Shown here piece by piece: positions 60,850 to 61,241 of a stretch of DNA of 61,241 nucleotides. Below the pieces are notes generated by a model. It was not told the origin of the DNA, did not search any database, and saw only the letters and a list, made by a program, of their open reading frames with translations. The stretch comes from an uncultured Bacilli bacterium (GTDB taxonomy: Bacteria; Bacillota_I; Bacilli_A; RF39; UBA660). The stretch's first letter is position 1. Every line of letters begins with the position of its first letter. The DNA is taken from the NCBI GenBank assembly GCA_944332715.1, contig CALVKN010000003.1, positions 1 to 61,241 on the forward strand, in the 5' to 3' direction. The translations under genes and the position numbers were made by a program.

Positions 60850-61167
60850 ATGAGTAAGAAGATAATTGTATTTAGTGTATTAGTTTTGATTACTGTTTTA
60901 TCTTTTTTAGTGTTAAATTTTAGAGGAGATAATAAAATTATTTACACTGATAAAAAAAGTAACCAAATAATAAATACTAATGCACTAACAATGATGTATG
61001 AAACAGAAGCAGATAGTGGAGAATATCAAGTAACTAGTGATACCACGTGGCCACAGGATGGTTATATCTTCAATGAAACTTTGTCGAGATGTGAAAATGG
61101 TGGAACACTAACTTGGAATAGTGAAACTAATAAAGTTGTTATGCAAACAAATAGTAGTGATAAGTGA
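60850..61167 (+). pseudogene. Modular surface-protein paralogue of 38897, truncated
   Basis: LTMMYETEADSGEYQV..WP..GYIFNETLSRCENGG matches 38897; similarity breaks at SDK-TG|A where the paralogue continues SDKCFVYFD. Confidence 0.7.
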
Positions 61168-61241
61168 CATTCTAAGATTTGTCAAGAGTAAATTTTTATG
61201 GTATTATATACATGTCAAAAAGACACAAAATTTAACTTTTT

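Noticed and set aside
1-61241. Alternative genetic code (TGA = Trp) as in Mycoplasma
   Set aside because: Conserved Trp residues use TGG, and TGA ends several intact genes (e.g. 4340, 43293, 44780, 55213)
1-61241. DGR template repeat or reverse transcriptase within the window
   Set aside because: No AAC-rich copy of 4170-4265 and no RT-motif ORF found by eye; Asn-rich stretches such as 56600-56970 use AAT codons and lack the scaffold

Overview
Low-GC bacterial chromosome segment using the standard genetic code (TGA = stop), with almost all genes on the + strand. Gene content suggests a genome-reduced, walled, probably spore-forming member of the Bacilli (RF39-like gut lineage; this is inference). 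Core content: a glycolytic cluster (gap, pgk, tpiA, gpmI) split by accessory genes and spo0A; the S10-spc-alpha ribosomal superoperon, lacking rpmD/L30 and including an rpmJ missed by the ORF track; soj-spo0J-ychF; rpsF-ssb-rpsR; rplI-dnaB; walJ-rlmH; femABX x2, a murJ-like flippase, ftsEX with two M23 paralogues; and gerQ. No rRNA, tRNA or CRISPR array was found. The most interesting signals: (1) A secreted protein (2760-4340) whose C-terminus carries a ~62% GC island of NNC codons followed by a GC-rich hairpin. This is the signature of a diversity-generating retroelement (DGR) variable region, with no RT or template repeat seen in the window. (2) A dispersed family of modular surface-protein genes related to it, three of them next to XRE genes; the two intact XREs have different recognition helices and different palindromic operators at the same ~25-bp spacing. 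(3) 33-bp tandem arrays immediately upstream of two AAA_14/DUF4143 ATPase-nuclease genes, plus an orphan 40-bp palindromic array. (4) An unassigned four-way-junction structured RNA behind a perfect sigma-A promoter at ~11500-11620.
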